Below are positions 34,800 through 48,574 of a DNA stretch of 64,000 nucleotides, one piece after another. The position numbers were made by a program, and so were the translations under genes. This DNA comes from Penicillus capitatus. Lineage: Eukaryota; Plantae; Chlorophyta. Numbering within the stretch: position 1 is the first letter of the stretch; each line of letters opens with the position of its first letter. Below the pieces are notes generated by a model, which was not told the origin of the DNA, searched no databases, and worked only from the letters and a program-made list of their open reading frames with translations. The stretch lies in the NCBI GenBank assembly GCA_965649825.1, contig OZ287699.1, positions 1,146,477-1,210,476 on the forward strand, written 5' to 3'.

Positions 34800-37066
34800 A
34801 TGCAGCAGCCAGGCGGAATGAAAGTGCCGATGGCGTTGATGAAAGCCTCGACAAAAAGACAATCGGGCAAGAAAGCGCAAATCGCCAATATCATGGCCGC
34901 CAAAGTCAACATCCTTTGCTCAAAGCAATCGATCGCTGGCTCCATACGCTCTTACCAATCTAGGCAGTAGCGGATATCATTCGCACAACTCTTGGACCTC
35001 GTGCGATGCTGAAAATGATCCTTGACGCTTCTGGAGGTCACACTCTCTGTCGTTCGTTCACAAAAAAAGAGTGAAAAAGGAATGCAGGTATTGCCATGAC
35101 GAATGATGGTCATGCTGTTCTGCGAGAAATCGACGTGGGTCATCCGGCTGCAAAGGTGAGTCAAAGTTCGAGCTGTCACATCATTGCGAAAGGGACCTGC
35201 ACACCTAGCACATGATCGAGCTGAGTCGGACACAGGATGAAGAGGTGGGAGACGGAACAACGTCTGTCATCGTTCTTGGTCTTCCCCATTCACGCACGCC
35301 TGTCTGGGCTTAAATGTCTTGTGCCGTAGCTGGGGAGTTGCTGCACCTGGCTGAGCCTTTTTTGAACAAGAACATGCATCCCACAGTCATTATTCGCGGG
35401 TATGCATCGGCATTGGACGATGCCTTAGAGATTGTGAATAAACTGTCGTTTCCGATCAATTTGGAAGATACGACTCAAGTGCTGAATGTCGTACAGACGT
35501 CACTTCAGACAAAATTTACGAGCAGATTTGGAACCCTTATGGCCGTATGGCCATTCTGTTGCTGTGCATGTCGAGCAGAGCCCTTGCTGTTAGGAACTGG
35601 CCATTGAAGCTGTGAAGACAGTGGAATTGGATGTGGGCAACGGCCGAAAAGAGATCGATGTGAAGAAGTACGCGAAAGTGGAGAAAGTCCCTGGAGGAAC
35701 GATCGAGGAATGCCGCGTTCTGAAAGGCGTCATGTTCAACAAAGACGTCGTCGTTTCTGGCAAGCCACTCTCCTTATCTCATCGCCCAGGTTCCAAGACT
35801 GCCTCTATGCCACAGGGAGAATGCGAAGGAAGATAGAACATCCACGAGTTCTGCTGCTGGATTGTCCCTTAGAGTACAAGAAGATGGAAAATCAAGCGAA
35901 CGTGGAAATGCAGAAGGAAGAAGACTGGTAGAACGAGATCTCGTCTCTGCTGCTTTGTTGAGAGGATGGATGACAGGGCTGCTTTGCTGAAGATCGAAGA
36001 GGAGTACATTCAGAATCTCTGCGTCAAGATAGCGGACCTGAAACCTGATCTGGTGATCACTGAGAAGGGCATCAGTGATCTGGCTGCGCATTTTTTGACC
36101 AAGGCTGGGATCTCGGCTATCCGCAGGGTTCGCAAAACGGATAACAATCGCATTGCCCGTGCCTGTGGTGCGACCATCGTTAACAGACCAGAGGAAGCAC
36201 GAGAGAGTGATATCGGAACGAGGGGAGGTCTCTTTGTGGTGGAGCAGATTGGCAGCGAGTTCTTCTCGTTTATCATCGATTGCAAAGAGCCTAAGGCCTG
36301 TACGATTCTTTTGAGGTCACACTTCTCACTCTTTTGGAAAAAGAGTGTGAACAGCCGTCGCGCAGAGGGCCGTCGAAAGATGTGCTGAATGAGGTGGAAC
36401 GGAATCTTCACGATGCAATGGGCATTGCCCGTAACATCGCTATGGACAAGCGATTGGTTCCTGGAGGCGGCGCCGTCGAAATGGCCATTTCTAGGTCCAC
36501 TACCCGATCCTGCCCATCACACTCTCACACTTTGTTAGGGGTCTGATCGAACGGGCACAGAATATGAAAGAGATCGAGCAGTGGCCTTATCGAGCTGTCG
36601 CTGTCGCATTGGAAGTCATTCCGCGCACGTTGGCTCAGAACTGTGGCGCGAATGTGATTCGGACATTGACCAAGCTCCGAGCCAAACATGCAGAAGATGC
36701 CAATTGCATGTACGGTATCGATGGGACAACAGGAGAGATCGTCGATATGAAGGCTGCTGGCGTTTGGGAGCCGTTCGAAGTGAAAGTAAACAACCCAGTG
36801 CCATTACAAGTTCGCCGAATCTTACACGGTTCTGGATTAGGCTCAAACATTAAAGACAGCAATTGAAGCCAGCAGTATGCTGCTTCGCATCGACGATATC
36901 GTCAGTGGAATTGGAAAAGGCAAGAAAGAAAAGGAACCCAATGCGCCGAGAGGACCGCAAGCAGATGATGGCGAAAATGTAGAATACTCACTCACTGACG
37001 CACACTCTTCATGAAATTATTTGATACGTTACCTAGGTGGATTCAGAACAGATGCTGCCTGAGTAG
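34800..37066 (+). CDS. CCT3: T-complex protein 1 subunit gamma
   Basis: IIRTTLGPRAMLKM, GDGTTSV, VEKVPGG, LLDCPLEYKK, VPGGGAVEMA, end VDSEQMLPE*. Confidence 0.97.
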
Positions 37067-37400
37067 ACACAAAAAGCAAGCAATGCTAAAGGAGCGAGAC
37101 ACAATGGAGATGATTTCGTAGACATGTAACAGATTCTCGACGGTTCATGAACGTGTGTGATGTCAGAAGGCGTTCCCCCTCTGTCATAGATGGATAGATG
37201 GTTCAGACGGTTGTCCCTTGACGGTGCATCAACTTGGAAGGCAATACAAGGAAAGGAATACAGCTACTAAGTCATATTCATCAGTTTCTTGAAAGCTCGT
37301 TTGATACTGGGCAACCGTGGAGTTGAGCACTCACACGATGCCAGAGATGTCGATGCATCCTCGGAGACGAGACGACTTAGACTGCACAAACAAACAACAA

Positions 37401-38167
37401 TCAGAGGAGGGGAAGCATATGAAGGAGAGGTAGGTGCCTCGAGACAGCTTCTCTTAGCCGATGCTTATCCACTCCCACAACCTCGTCCACCACTTTTCCG
37501 TGTGCATAGCAAAGAAATGTTGGCAGTGAATGCACATTGCATTCTTTCACAACTGCCTAGAATGCCATTGATATCTCACTCATACGAAAGAGTGACCTCA
37601 TTCATCAGCATTACTCTCAGTTTGTCGACATCCACTTCCATAAAGACGATATCTTGGCCTTTGTATCGATAGGCCAGTTCCAGAAACTCCGATTTAATCA
37701 TCCGGCAAGGTGGCCACCAAACAGCGTTGAAAAGAACGATGGCCTGTGGTAAAGAATGGTGTGAAGTGACTGAGAAGGCAGCGGATGGCAGAAGTTGCCT
37801 TATGGTACTTGCACGGTATGTTCGTCACTTTTCTCCTGAAAGTGTCCTCATCCGGAACCTCATAGATGTCACCATCCACCCGCATGAGTTCACAGGAGCT
37901 ATCTCTTCGCAATGTCCAACGGGCAAAGACCAAACACACTAACAACCAGACGTGCGAGAACAGAGATAGGAATTCGCTGTCGTCAATGAAAACGAAAGCT
38001 GAGTGAGCCAAAGAATAAGGACGTGGTGCTTTGTAATGCAGAGAGCACCGTTCGTGCGGCTGCACCTCCTCGCTGGAACGGAGCGGTCGTACGAATGCGC
38101 CGCTGAACGAACCGCAACGGTGATCGCACGATCGATCGCGGCGGAAAAGGTTCTTGCACGATGGCAT
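37401..38167 (-). CDS. Thioredoxin-like protein with atypical WWPPC site and N-terminal extension
   Basis: IVLFNAVWWPPCRMI..FMEVDVD..NVHSLPTF..GKVVDEVVGVD; 5' end uncertain. Confidence 0.8.
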
Positions 38168-41100
38168 GGGTCGATAGGATCGCGGAGAAACGCGACGCAC
38201 TTCTCTTTCTGGGGATGACGTCGATGTTGAATCTGTTGCTGTCGATGCCCTCGACGCGGGCGATGCCACTGAGTCAAATCAAGAATCGATAGAATGCGGA
38301 ACGGAGAAAAGATGGGTCCGCGCATCGCGCCATCGCTACAGCGAAGGCAAAGCGTGTTCTTGCTGTCGGCGAGGGACAGAATCTCTACGACTGGTACATT
38401 TAATGGCGTCATACGTCAACGGAACGCACTCCTCGTCAGATCGACGACGAACCGTGCCAAGCAGAGTACATCAACGCGATCATTGTCAAGGAGATCGTCG
38501 CATTTTGTTGCGGATGATGTGTGCTTGGCGGGAATACTGTCGATGACATGAGCGATGTCTCTGTACAGATGCGGTACTGAAAGTGGACTGTCACGTTTTG
38601 AGTCTTTCCTATGAGCGACGACGCATCTATCTCCTTACAGGGTCTTTCTTCCGTTCCGCTCTGTCGAATGAAAACCACGTCTCTGCTAAGACCACTGTCG
38701 TTCGCAGAGCACAGCGTGCGTTCACTTTGACCTAAAACTAGCAGGCAGAGCAACTGCAGGTATTTGTGAGTAAAGATCTGGTGGCTCCGTGACTGTGGAG
38801 AACGATTCTCGCACATGTTTTTGTCATCGAAAACAGCTACTCGATAGCTACATACATATATATCTAGAAAAAGAATCCGTCTTCGGCATCGCAGAACGTA
38901 TGTATGGCGTGGTTCTGGCTCAAGCTTCGTCATCGAGGTCGTGGAGAAAGCCTCTGCACAGCCGCATCAACCAACAGTCGACGTTCACGATCGGCATTTG
39001 ACTGGACACACATGTTGTCGCGCAGCAATAACCGCGTTTCCGAGGTCGTATCAGCTGGAAGAGTCATTTCGACAGACTCGACGTGGCGTTAGGCGGAAAA
39101 CCTCTCGGCGATGTCATTGCCGACCGAGGTCGTTTCATCCCTGTCTCTCCTAAAGCGCTGAGAGAAGCGTTCTTGGCAATTTTGTTCTAATTTTTTCCTG
39201 TTGGTGACGTGAACTTCGCTTCGTCCGACGTCTGCTCACGTAGCAGCAAGATGTCGGCGCACTGAAGTGTTTTGTTTATGCGTGTCTTCTCTCTTGACGT
39301 CTGGCGGCGCACGATCGCGCGACTTTTGTCGCATCGTCTGCAGAGTTGTCGAAGATAAGAGGTTCAAACGTAGGGACTGTTCTTATCGACGATTTCTGGA
39401 GACGTGGTGACAGGACTCTGTCCGACCACACGTCTGACAGTTGAATATCTACGTCCTTGGGTCCACATATGCAGTGTCTGTACGACAAACGGTTACCTTG
39501 TAGCCATGGACAGGAGACTCGACCGTCCATAAAAGCAGCCAACTGTCGAGCTGTGCGTCTGAAAGTACTCAGCGCCAACCAACCGTCCGTTATCTGGCGT
39601 TTACGATTCGCGGATACAGATCTGCGCGTTTGGTACGAAGCTCTCCACGTTAAGTCGACTGAGAGTGTTTGTTGGCAATTGCTGTATTGTTGAAGGAGTG
39701 TCTATGTATATTTCATGATCATCATCACTAAAGCAGTAGTAGAAGTAGGACAGTACTGATGGACTCTGCACAACAGGGAAGCAGGTCTTGAGGAAATGAT
39801 AGAGAGAAGAAAGACAAGATAGCTAAGTTGTTTGTTGTCGGCACCGAACTGTCGGGCCGCGTTGCCTACTTAGCGTTCACGTCTCAGGTCGTGGGGGGTC
39901 AGGATTGCCGAAGCGTCATTCCAGATGACCTCGCACCGCGATGAGAAGGACGCGTGCATGCATACATGGTTTATTTATCAAACATACTTGCTTTTAACAC
40001 ATTCAAGTCGGAGCCTTGGTCGTCCATTGTCTGAAACTTCGCTCCTTGGTCAACAAAAAGGTTTTGCTTTGAGCAGTCAGCAATGTTCATGATTTTGGAA
40101 ACATGTTTTTACACCATTCTCAAATCCATATCTGTACGGAGGTAATGTAAGTAAGGGCTGACGACGGACGTCGTGATTATTTTGCTGTCTATTACCCCTA
40201 ATGTCAACGCACGTGCAAATTCAAAAATGAATAGTAGTAGTAGCTGGAGACAGGTTTGTGTAAGTTTGTTTGTACTCCTCGGTGAGTGAAAGCAGAATTG
40301 TGCCTCGTGGCATCATTACTCAATAATAAACAACGATCGACAGAGAGACACAGACATGACGATGACCACCAGCGACACCTTCCTGAAAAGTTGCGAAGAC
40401 CATATCTGACCAATATCTACGCTTCAACCACCTCCGACATGATTGCTTCCTCTCGCAAATACAACAAGATCTTCCCGAATAACTTCCCAAAATACAAAGC
40501 TCATTTGTGGTTTTGTGTGTAGACAAAGGTCAATCAATGAGTTTGTTGTCAAATGCGGAATAGGCAAACTGCGTTTATTACGACATGGTCCATACAGAGT
40601 CAGGTAAGAAAATAAGACGGATCGGTCCAATGAACTTGAACACGCCCACAGAAATGTGCACTAAAACCAACGGGCACTGGAATCGATCCATCTTACATCA
40701 TCACTACACTAAGTACACTCCTTCGACTCCTTTCGAGGGGTGTCATCATTTGCCATCCTGTTTGTGTTTTTCTTGTGGTTGGGGGACAGCATTGGACTAC
40801 GTTGCCCTAAAAATCAATCAGTGTAATGCACATTGACGCTGTTTGTGGCCGAAAACAAATATCAATTGTGCACTTAATAAAAGTGAGGTAGTAAACTGAA
40901 ACGTTTCTCTAGCGTCGTACCGATGTTTTGGACAACACTGCAAAGATAATTTTAATCACAACAACAACAGACTGATGAGCTTGAAACACAAGCAATCTTA
41001 AAGGAGCAGATCAACCAAAATACTTTTGACACCACGTGGCTTTCAGTCATTCTCCATTCCTTCAAGGAAGGACGGAATGGCGGAAATCAAGAAAGCGTCC

Positions 41101-41213
41101 CATCGCCTCCATTGTATTTCCACTTGAACATATGACGTATCAGAAACAGTATAAAAACTGGTGTGAAATGTTGATGGGTGCCGTATCATGTGTGGTAATA
41201 AGAGTGCATCTTC

Positions 41214-42468
41214 TCAGATGTCTCCCTCATCCGTCATCGAATTCGCGTTCGTCAGACAACCATCCGAAGACGAGTCCGCTTTCCACACGAATGCGGACTG
41301 AGAGGTTCGCAACGTCGATCCAGACAGCACAGATTCCGTTATCAAGCCAAAAGGAGAATTCAGATCCGCGTCCTGTTGGCCATCAAAGGGCGTATGAACG
41401 GCGCGGATTTTAGGAGACATCCTTGCAGGTGTGGGAGTATCTCTCAGAGGGGAGATCGTCGAGTGAGATTTCTTCAACGTCCAATCCGAGACCATTCTCG
41501 AGGGAACTGGAGAACAAGTAGGCGACGGCCGTGCTGATGCAGTATACTCGGACGTGAAAGACACATGGAGAGGAGAGGAGAAGGCGCGATCATAGAATGG
41601 GGCAGACATGCAGCGAGTAAGCCCGCCATCCGGCAGCGGCGGCGACGATGGTTGCATCTACAACAGCCAATCACTCCTCATCACACATCACTCGACGCGG
41701 TAGAGATGACGTACTTTGGACTCCTGTGCCGTATTGGGTTCCAATGAACTCGCTTCCTGAATCGGTGGAAGGTCTTCATTGTGAACCGAATCAGCGCCAG
41801 CTATGGTCCGCTGGACATAGTCATCGGTACCAGTTGTACCCATGGACGGATGTCGCAGCTCCTTTACGCTGTGGGCAAAAAAGCAGACCTTGCGTCGACA
41901 TGCGGATGGCTTGTTGCATAACTGCGTGCGATAACGGGAAGGATGGAGCCAAAATTCGAAGAGGTTGTGAGCATAGGGACACGCATCACCTCTCTCACAC
42001 TCACCCTATACACAGCAAGGTTAGATGCTGACGGCATCGAGTGTGTGGGGGGACCTTCTTCGCATCTTGGCATTCGATACCAACATAGCGGTATTTCTGG
42101 GGGTCTCGACGACCAGCCTTCTCTCCCTCGTGCAAAAATGGACACGTTTTCCAGTTGTGGTTGTAAAGCTTGCAACAAGGTAGAACCTACACAGAAAACG
42201 CGCATCGGCACTACAGCACGGGATTCATCAGAGCTTTGCTCGCGAAGCCAACGCCCAAGACCGGCTATCTTAGCTCGGCGACGCTTCGGCGGCGCGACCT
42301 AGTGACGGCGTGCGGAGGAGAGAGCCGCGATCGGGCTCGTACTTTGAAACAATACATTCGAAAGATATCTGTCGCATACAGCTTGTCTTCTGTCAATATA
42401 CATGGCTCCTTGTTTTTCTTCCCGTCTATTGCCACATCTTCAATTTTGTCATACACGGTGTCCACCAT
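41214..42468 (-). CDS. RR-TZF tandem CCCH zinc-finger protein
   Basis: [68 protein letters not shown]...[10 protein letters not shown]. Confidence 0.93.
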
Positions 42469-43222
42469 GACGTCAATTCGTTTGCGTACTCTTCGATGAA
42501 AGGGAAAGGATATGATTCCATACACTTTACCCTAGCGGCGTAAATATATACGTAAGCCATCAGTCGACCTTGGAGAACGAGCGGCTGAGAGTGGGAAGCG
42601 TTAACGGCCGCCTAATCGCCTTCAGCATGAGCGGCTGCGGAGGCGTTGCTCACTACACTGTACTTCGGCATGACGACTGTTCTCTGTCTAGAATGCGCCG
42701 CACCGTGCGTCAGCTAAGTACAGGGAGGTCGGCAGTCCAAACGTTGACGATACGACACGGTAAAAATCGGCGGCGGTTGCGCTGTCGGTTAGCTAAATGG
42801 ACAATAGAGAGGAGCGCGGCGACTCCTGACCGATCTTCCGAAGCGGTACAAACTCTATAGCTGACAATGCAGAAACGCAGACGGCTCGCGTGTTAGCGAT
42901 GGTTGCATTGGAAGGTCTCCGCGTAAAACCTAGACCCCGCAGTACGCACGGCAACGTGTGTATCAAAAAGATTCTTAATCGAATTCGACGCGGCGTTCAC
43001 GCGGCGCGTAGTGCCGAACAACGCGATCCGCCTAGAACGCTTCGACCGTTCTGACAAGTGCAGACGCGACTGCGAAGTCTTGTGAAGTTCTTGTGAACAT
43101 GACCGACGAGCTCGCGGGAGCGTCCTGCCGCGGTGCCGCTGGACATCGTGTCGAGAGAAAAGACGCAATGACGTCTCTTACATGCAGTCGTCATCACTGG
43201 CGGCGGCGTCGATGCATCGTCT

Positions 43223-44217
43223 TTAGCTGGTGTCCATCGCATCGCCGCCAGCTTCGGCCTGCTCGCCTGCGTCCTCCATCGCGACGTCTTCTTCCTTGAT
43301 GCTCTCGATGTGGGCCTCCAACGCATCGCCTGTCACATCATTTGCCTTGCTACTGAATCAAAGCTGTCATTGATGCTGACTTTCGAGAATCGTAAATGGC
43401 ATGTCTTTGCCGACAATGGCCACGGTGCAGTTGTCTTTCGTCAGTTCACCGTCTTGCATCGAGGCGTCGATGGCTTTCAAGGCGTGTTGGATCAGACCAT
43501 CGACATCACACTCTCTGAATCCTTCAAACGTCTTCTCTAAGTATGTTCGTGCGGCTTGCGATCTGAGTCCAATCGCATAGGCGTTATATTCATAGTAATT
43601 CCCAGATGGACATGTCTGCATCAATGCGGGTCCCGTCTTGTCCGATCCGGCAACCAAAAGTCCCACACCGTACGGTCGATTCCACGAATACTGTGTGCAA
43701 CGTTGTGATTTGTCTGCGACTTTGCGCACCAGTCGACCCACAGGCATTGCCGATTCAAAGACATACCTAAGCATCATCACCCAGTCCACATACACACCCT
43801 CCCATATTTTACACACCGATGATCCAGGCATTCGTTTCGCATGTACTTGGACAAGATTCGCCCATCTGCCGTTAGTCCAGAGATGGCAATTCCCATGTGA
43901 TCATCGATCTTGAACACTTTAGGCTGATACGATGAGAGTTCGTTCTGAGATCTCTTCAGTGCGGCAAGCACCACGTGCTGCTTCCCCTGAATACATGGCC
44001 AGCCGCCATCTGTCACATCGAAACGTCACATCACGGATGCTCTTGCCTTAAGGCCAACAGCACAGCTTCCCTGTTTAACAGCTTCCATGGCATACTCGAC
44101 TTGGTGGATCCGTCCCTGAGGACTCCACGTAATGTCCGTATCATACTATCGCGCGCCACACAGTTCATCCATCGGTTGTTGTCTTACGGCATCGAACGTC
44201 ACCTGATTCTTAAACAT
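43223..44217 (-). CDS. PSMA1: Proteasome subunit alpha type-1
   Basis: [66 protein letters not shown]. Confidence 0.97.
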
Positions 44218-44309
44218 GAGCGTCGAGAAGAGGTTCAGTCGCCAAAGCTCCTGCCGTTTTCGTGAAATGACAGATTGTACGACAACCCGTTCTTGTTCTT
44301 TCAGAGCGC

Positions 44310-45276
44310 ATGGGTGCGGCAGCATCGACGTCAGACGTCACCTCGACCGTCGAGCAACGCCACATCGAGCAGCTCTCTGTCGTCATCCCTGCCCTGGTAC
44401 ACCACATGACGCCTCTGACGTCATGTTTCACTCTTTTCCGCTGCAGAACGAAGAAAAACACATCGGTGCTTGTCTGGAAAGGTGTGACCGCACGTCATTT
44501 CATCCAAAGTGTGCGATTTCCGTTTCACAGTGTACGTTCGCACGGATTAAAATGCGATCCAGAAGTGATCGTGGTCGATGGCGGGAGCACCGATAGAACG
44601 GTACAGATTGCCAGAAGAGCAGGAGCCAAGGTCCTATCCAGCGCAAAGGGTAGGGGACGGCAACTGAACCAAGGATGGCGCGTCAGTCATGGCGATTGGT
44701 ATCTCTTTCTCCATGCCGACAACCGTCTGCCCAAGAGATACGGCAGATCGATGGAAGCAACGATCCGGCTACATCCCCGTTCGTCATGGGGCTGCTTCAG
44801 TTCCATCCACACAGACGTAGCACCTTCCCATCAGCTTCTCGTCGATCCAGAGAGTGACAAATAATGTGGATGCAGGTGGATGGGTGGGGCATGCGGCTCA
44901 TCTCCTTGGGCGTTCAGCTCAGAACACGTATTTTACATATGCCTTATGGAGATCAGGCGTTTTTCGTCAAAGCTTCTGCCATGAAGAAGTTGAATGGCTT
45001 CAAGGATACACGTCTCTTGGAGGACGTTGATTTTGTCCGGAGAGCAAAGAAAGAAGGATTCGGTCATCCGATGCTCATCCCCGATGCCGTTTTCACTTCG
45101 GGAAGACGATGGAGAGAAATCGGCATCTGGAAGACAACCGTCATGAATCAAGGCACTCCATACCCACACGCATGCAGATCATGACAGTGACGGTTGTAGG
45201 TATCATGCTCGCCTACTTCCTAGGCGTGGATAATGACACACTGGCAGATTGGTATTACAGCCGAAAACGCTCCTGA
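44310..45276 (+). CDS. Glycosyltransferase family 2 (TIGR04283-like)
   Basis: LSVVIPALNEE, VIVVDGGSTD, LFLHAD, PYGDQAFF, LLEDV, TSGRRW. Confidence 0.9.
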
Positions 45277-45423
45277 GTTTCATAGATCTCATAGGCAACG
45301 ACGACCAAGGCTGAAGGACTAAACGATCGTCATGCGCCACAACCGCCATCAGCGGATACGTCAATCGAGACAACGTGCTGTATCAAATTTTCAATCGGTT
45401 TTCTGTGTTTATTTATTTTCAAC

Positions 45424-46073
45424 ATGAGTGCGTACTCCACCGTCAGTGCGAAAGTCGAGCGGTTCGTCGTGGAAAGGGATTCTTTTAGAAAAGCCGTCAA
45501 AGAGGCATTCCACAAAGCCGATCTCGATGGAAACGGCGTTATTGCACCGAAAGAAATGCTCGCGATGTCCGATGCGATGTTCGACCTAGTCGAGAAGGAA
45601 CTCACCGAATACGGCATCCCCTTTCGGCGACCAACCCAGGATAAGGTCGATGAGTTGTGGAAGCTCGCAGATAAAAACAACGACTACGTCTTGAACGAAC
45701 AAGAATTTTTCGAATTCTATCGACAGGTCTACCACCCATCACATCTCCTCTTCTACGTACTTAACCAATGATGCAGGTTGTTAAGTACTGCGCTCTTGCG
45801 AAAACGAAGTCGAAGGGTTTCCTTCAAAGAGTGGTGCCGCGCATGCTGCTTGGATTCCTTGCCATGTACGCTGCAAAGTTCAGCATCACGAAGATTCCGA
45901 ACCTGGGATCGTCTGTGTCGCCTGTGCTCGATGCTTTGCCTGCCATTATTGTCGGTCCCCTCATCGGACTGGCGCTCGGCGTGTATCAAGGCGGCGGTAC
46001 AGATGAGGCATTGCAGAGAAGACTTTTCAAGAACAAAGACGATGGCACAGGTGCCAGTACATCACAGCGTTAG
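45424..46073 (+). CDS. EF-hand calcium-binding protein with hydrophobic C-terminal half
   Basis: DLDGNGVIAPKE and DKNNDYVLNEQE loops, followed by TM-like segments. Confidence 0.8.
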
Positions 46074-46162
46074 TGCGATCGACGTCTCTGATCAATCAGT
46101 CTCTCTTTTGCGATTAACCGCGTCCTGGACGCATGAACACGATGAACCATGATTGCTCGATA

Positions 46163-46782
46163 TTAAGGTCGACGACCTCGACCGGATTGTCCACGACTCG
46201 AAGCCCAACGTCCGCGAGGACGGTCCGATGCTCCACGTCCACGTCGCCCCGGACGAGGAGCCGCCGTCTGAGGCTTTGGCAAATTCTCTAGAAAAAGACA
46301 CGCCCACTCAGCAATGCATCGTTTAAGGGAGAAATGCTCGGGCTGGGTGACCTTCTTGGGGTCGTTGCACGTACACTTCGTCTTGGACCTTATCGATGAC
46401 CTGCATACACAGCACAATGCATCCCCCTCTATCGACTCCTCTCCGGCGAGATACTTCATCAGGGACACGGATGTATTTGATCGTGTTACCACGCACATAG
46501 GTTTCGGCAATTCTCCAAAACCGATCCCCATCCTGCACCGACAGCCCTTGTGTAGAAACTGAGTCCAGACGGGGTGACAGACTTTTGAAGTGCAGATGAC
46601 TTCTTTGAGATGCACGTTCATCCAGGTATCGCAGTTGACCAGATGGCCATTGTAGGTCTCTCCATTCTTTAACTCGACGAGCTGTCGCACAGAGGGCGCC
46701 TTATGTCTATGATGGCACGAAGGAGCGTGGATTTTACAATGGCATGTCCCTGTGCTGTTTTTAGTAGTCCTAAAGGCAGCAT
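46163..46782 (-). CDS. LSM4: Sm-like protein LSm4
   Basis: [60 protein letters not shown]-rich tail. Confidence 0.97.
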
Positions 46783-46891
46783 CCTTGTCAGGTCGATAAT
46801 AAACAGCTCCGCGGTGGGTTCTTCGACGTTGACAGCATTTGGTCCGTTTATGAACATTACCCTCCTGTGAAACCGTGCCGTCGCAGATTCG

Positions 46892-48166
46892 ATGGCGTCC
46901 GAAAGCGAAACGCGTCATACCGCATCGGATGGAAAAGTGGACATCGTTCTCCGCAGTCCCGACCCGACAAAGCTCAAAGACGTCCGTTTCTCTGTGCCTC
47001 TTAAGTGGAGCGTCGACCAACTCAAGCACCTTATCCACATGGAGCATCCGCGTCGACCTAATCCCACCGAACAAGTTCTTATTTACGGCGGCAAAGTACT
47101 GAGCGACGGAGAGACATCGCTTGCGGAGGTCTTGAAAGATATTGAGGCGAAGGAAGGGCCATGTACAATGCATTTGGCTCTCAGGAGTGATGAGCCTCTC
47201 ACTCAGTCTGCCAGTGCTCCCAATCTCGGCGATATGCAACACCCGTCGACATCCACACCTGCTCCCGAAGTTACGTCCACATCGACAGCTCCATCGCCGA
47301 TGGTGGCGCTTCCGATTGTGATGATGAACCCTGTTGTATCTGCTGCTTACAATGCAGCGCTGGCCGCTGTCTACAATCCGCAACAAGCTGCTGGAGGTGT
47401 CAACCCGACCGTGTTGCCCAATACGCTGCAATCGCCAATGCTACGCGATCAGCCGCAGACGGGTCCATCGACCTCATCGCTACCGCAGCAGAATCCTCAG
47501 CAACAGCAGCAGCCTCTTGTCCCGGCCATTGCACTCTTTCCGCTGGGGATTCCGGTGTTGGTCCCTGCTGCCACTGCTCAGAATCAGGGATTTCAAATCG
47601 GTCAGACCGTCGCACCCATTCAGCATCGTCATATTCCAAATCCAGCGCCACGACACGCTCATAGACGACCACAACCTCAGCAGCCACTAGGTAGGCCACT
47701 CGACCCTCGTATGCCTCTTCTCACTCTTTTTTGGGCACTAGGTCGCCGCGTGCATGCAGGAGGGAATGTGCCGCACGGACGAGGACGTGGCGTTGTGGTC
47801 TATCGTTTCTCACTGCGTGGCCTGATCCAGTTGGTTCTGATCATCGCCGTTCTCTACGCTTATTGTTCCCGTGAGCATTTTGTCATTGGATTGGTACTGT
47901 TTCTTTTTCTATACCTCTTTGCCAGACCCATCCGTCGACTGATCCACAATCACTATCACGCCCGAGACGCAGATGGCCGTCCCAGGATGAGGGGTCTTTT
48001 CCATGAAGTTCTGGCAATACTGTTGACACTGATCACTTCCCTTTTCCCCAACTGGAATGCCAATGATGGCCAGGGCGCTCCGTTGGTTCGGGAGATTCGC
48101 GAGGAGATTCCCGAAGAGAATAGAGGTGTTGCTGCTGCTGCCCAAAACCGTCCGCATGTTGATTGA
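46892..48166 (+). CDS. Ubiquitin-like domain membrane protein (HERP-like)
   Basis: N-terminal Ubl ([24 protein letters not shown]), P/Q-rich linker, C-terminal TM segments. Confidence 0.7.
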   Translation: MASESETRHTASDGKVDIVLRSPDPTKLKDVRFSVPLKWSVDQLKHLIHMEHPRRPNPTEQVLIYGGKVLSDGETSLAEVLKDIEAKEGPCTMHLALRSDEPLTQSASAPNLGDMQHPSTSTPAPEVTSTSTAPSPMVALPIVMMNPVVSAAYNAALAAVYNPQQAAGGVNPTVLPNTLQSPMLRDQPQTGPSTSSLPQQNPQQQQQPLVPAIALFPLGIPVLVPAATAQNQGFQIGQTVAPIQHRHIPNPAPRHAHRRPQPQQPLGRPLDPRMPLLTLFWALGRRVHAGGNVPHGRGRGVVVYRFSLRGLIQLVLIIAVLYAYCSREHFVIGLVLFLFLYLFARPIRRLIHNHYHARDADGRPRMRGLFHEVLAILLTLITSLFPNWNANDGQGAPLVREIREEIPEENRGVAAAAQNRPHVD

Positions 48167-48448
48167 TCAAACATCACCTCTGTTACGTAAATGATGATGT
48201 TAAAGGGTTTGTATCAACAACTTCTGCTATTGCACCTCTACGACCATTCAACAGCGACGCATCAATTAACAAAGCATTTCGGATATGAACACACACAGGT
48301 CAAGTGCAAATCTGTCGGGGTAGGTCTACTGGCCTTATTTATTGATTGAGTAATATGAGTGCCACATAAAAAACGTTCCTCACTTTGCCTTATAAGATCC
48401 AGCAATTTCATGCAAACAAAGCCGCGCACATAGAATTCTGTCCATTGC

Positions 48449-48478
48449 GATAGATTGATAGATAGATAGATAGATAGA
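48449..48478 (+). repeat. (GATA)n microsatellite
   Basis: gatagattgatagatagatagatagataga. Confidence 0.85.
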
Positions 48479-48574
48479 GATGAACCTACCATGGACAAAA
48501 AATTGACAGTGTATTATTGATGCCAAAAGAACAATTGGTTGTCCAATTCCAAGTCCAAGTCACAGCCAGGCAAG

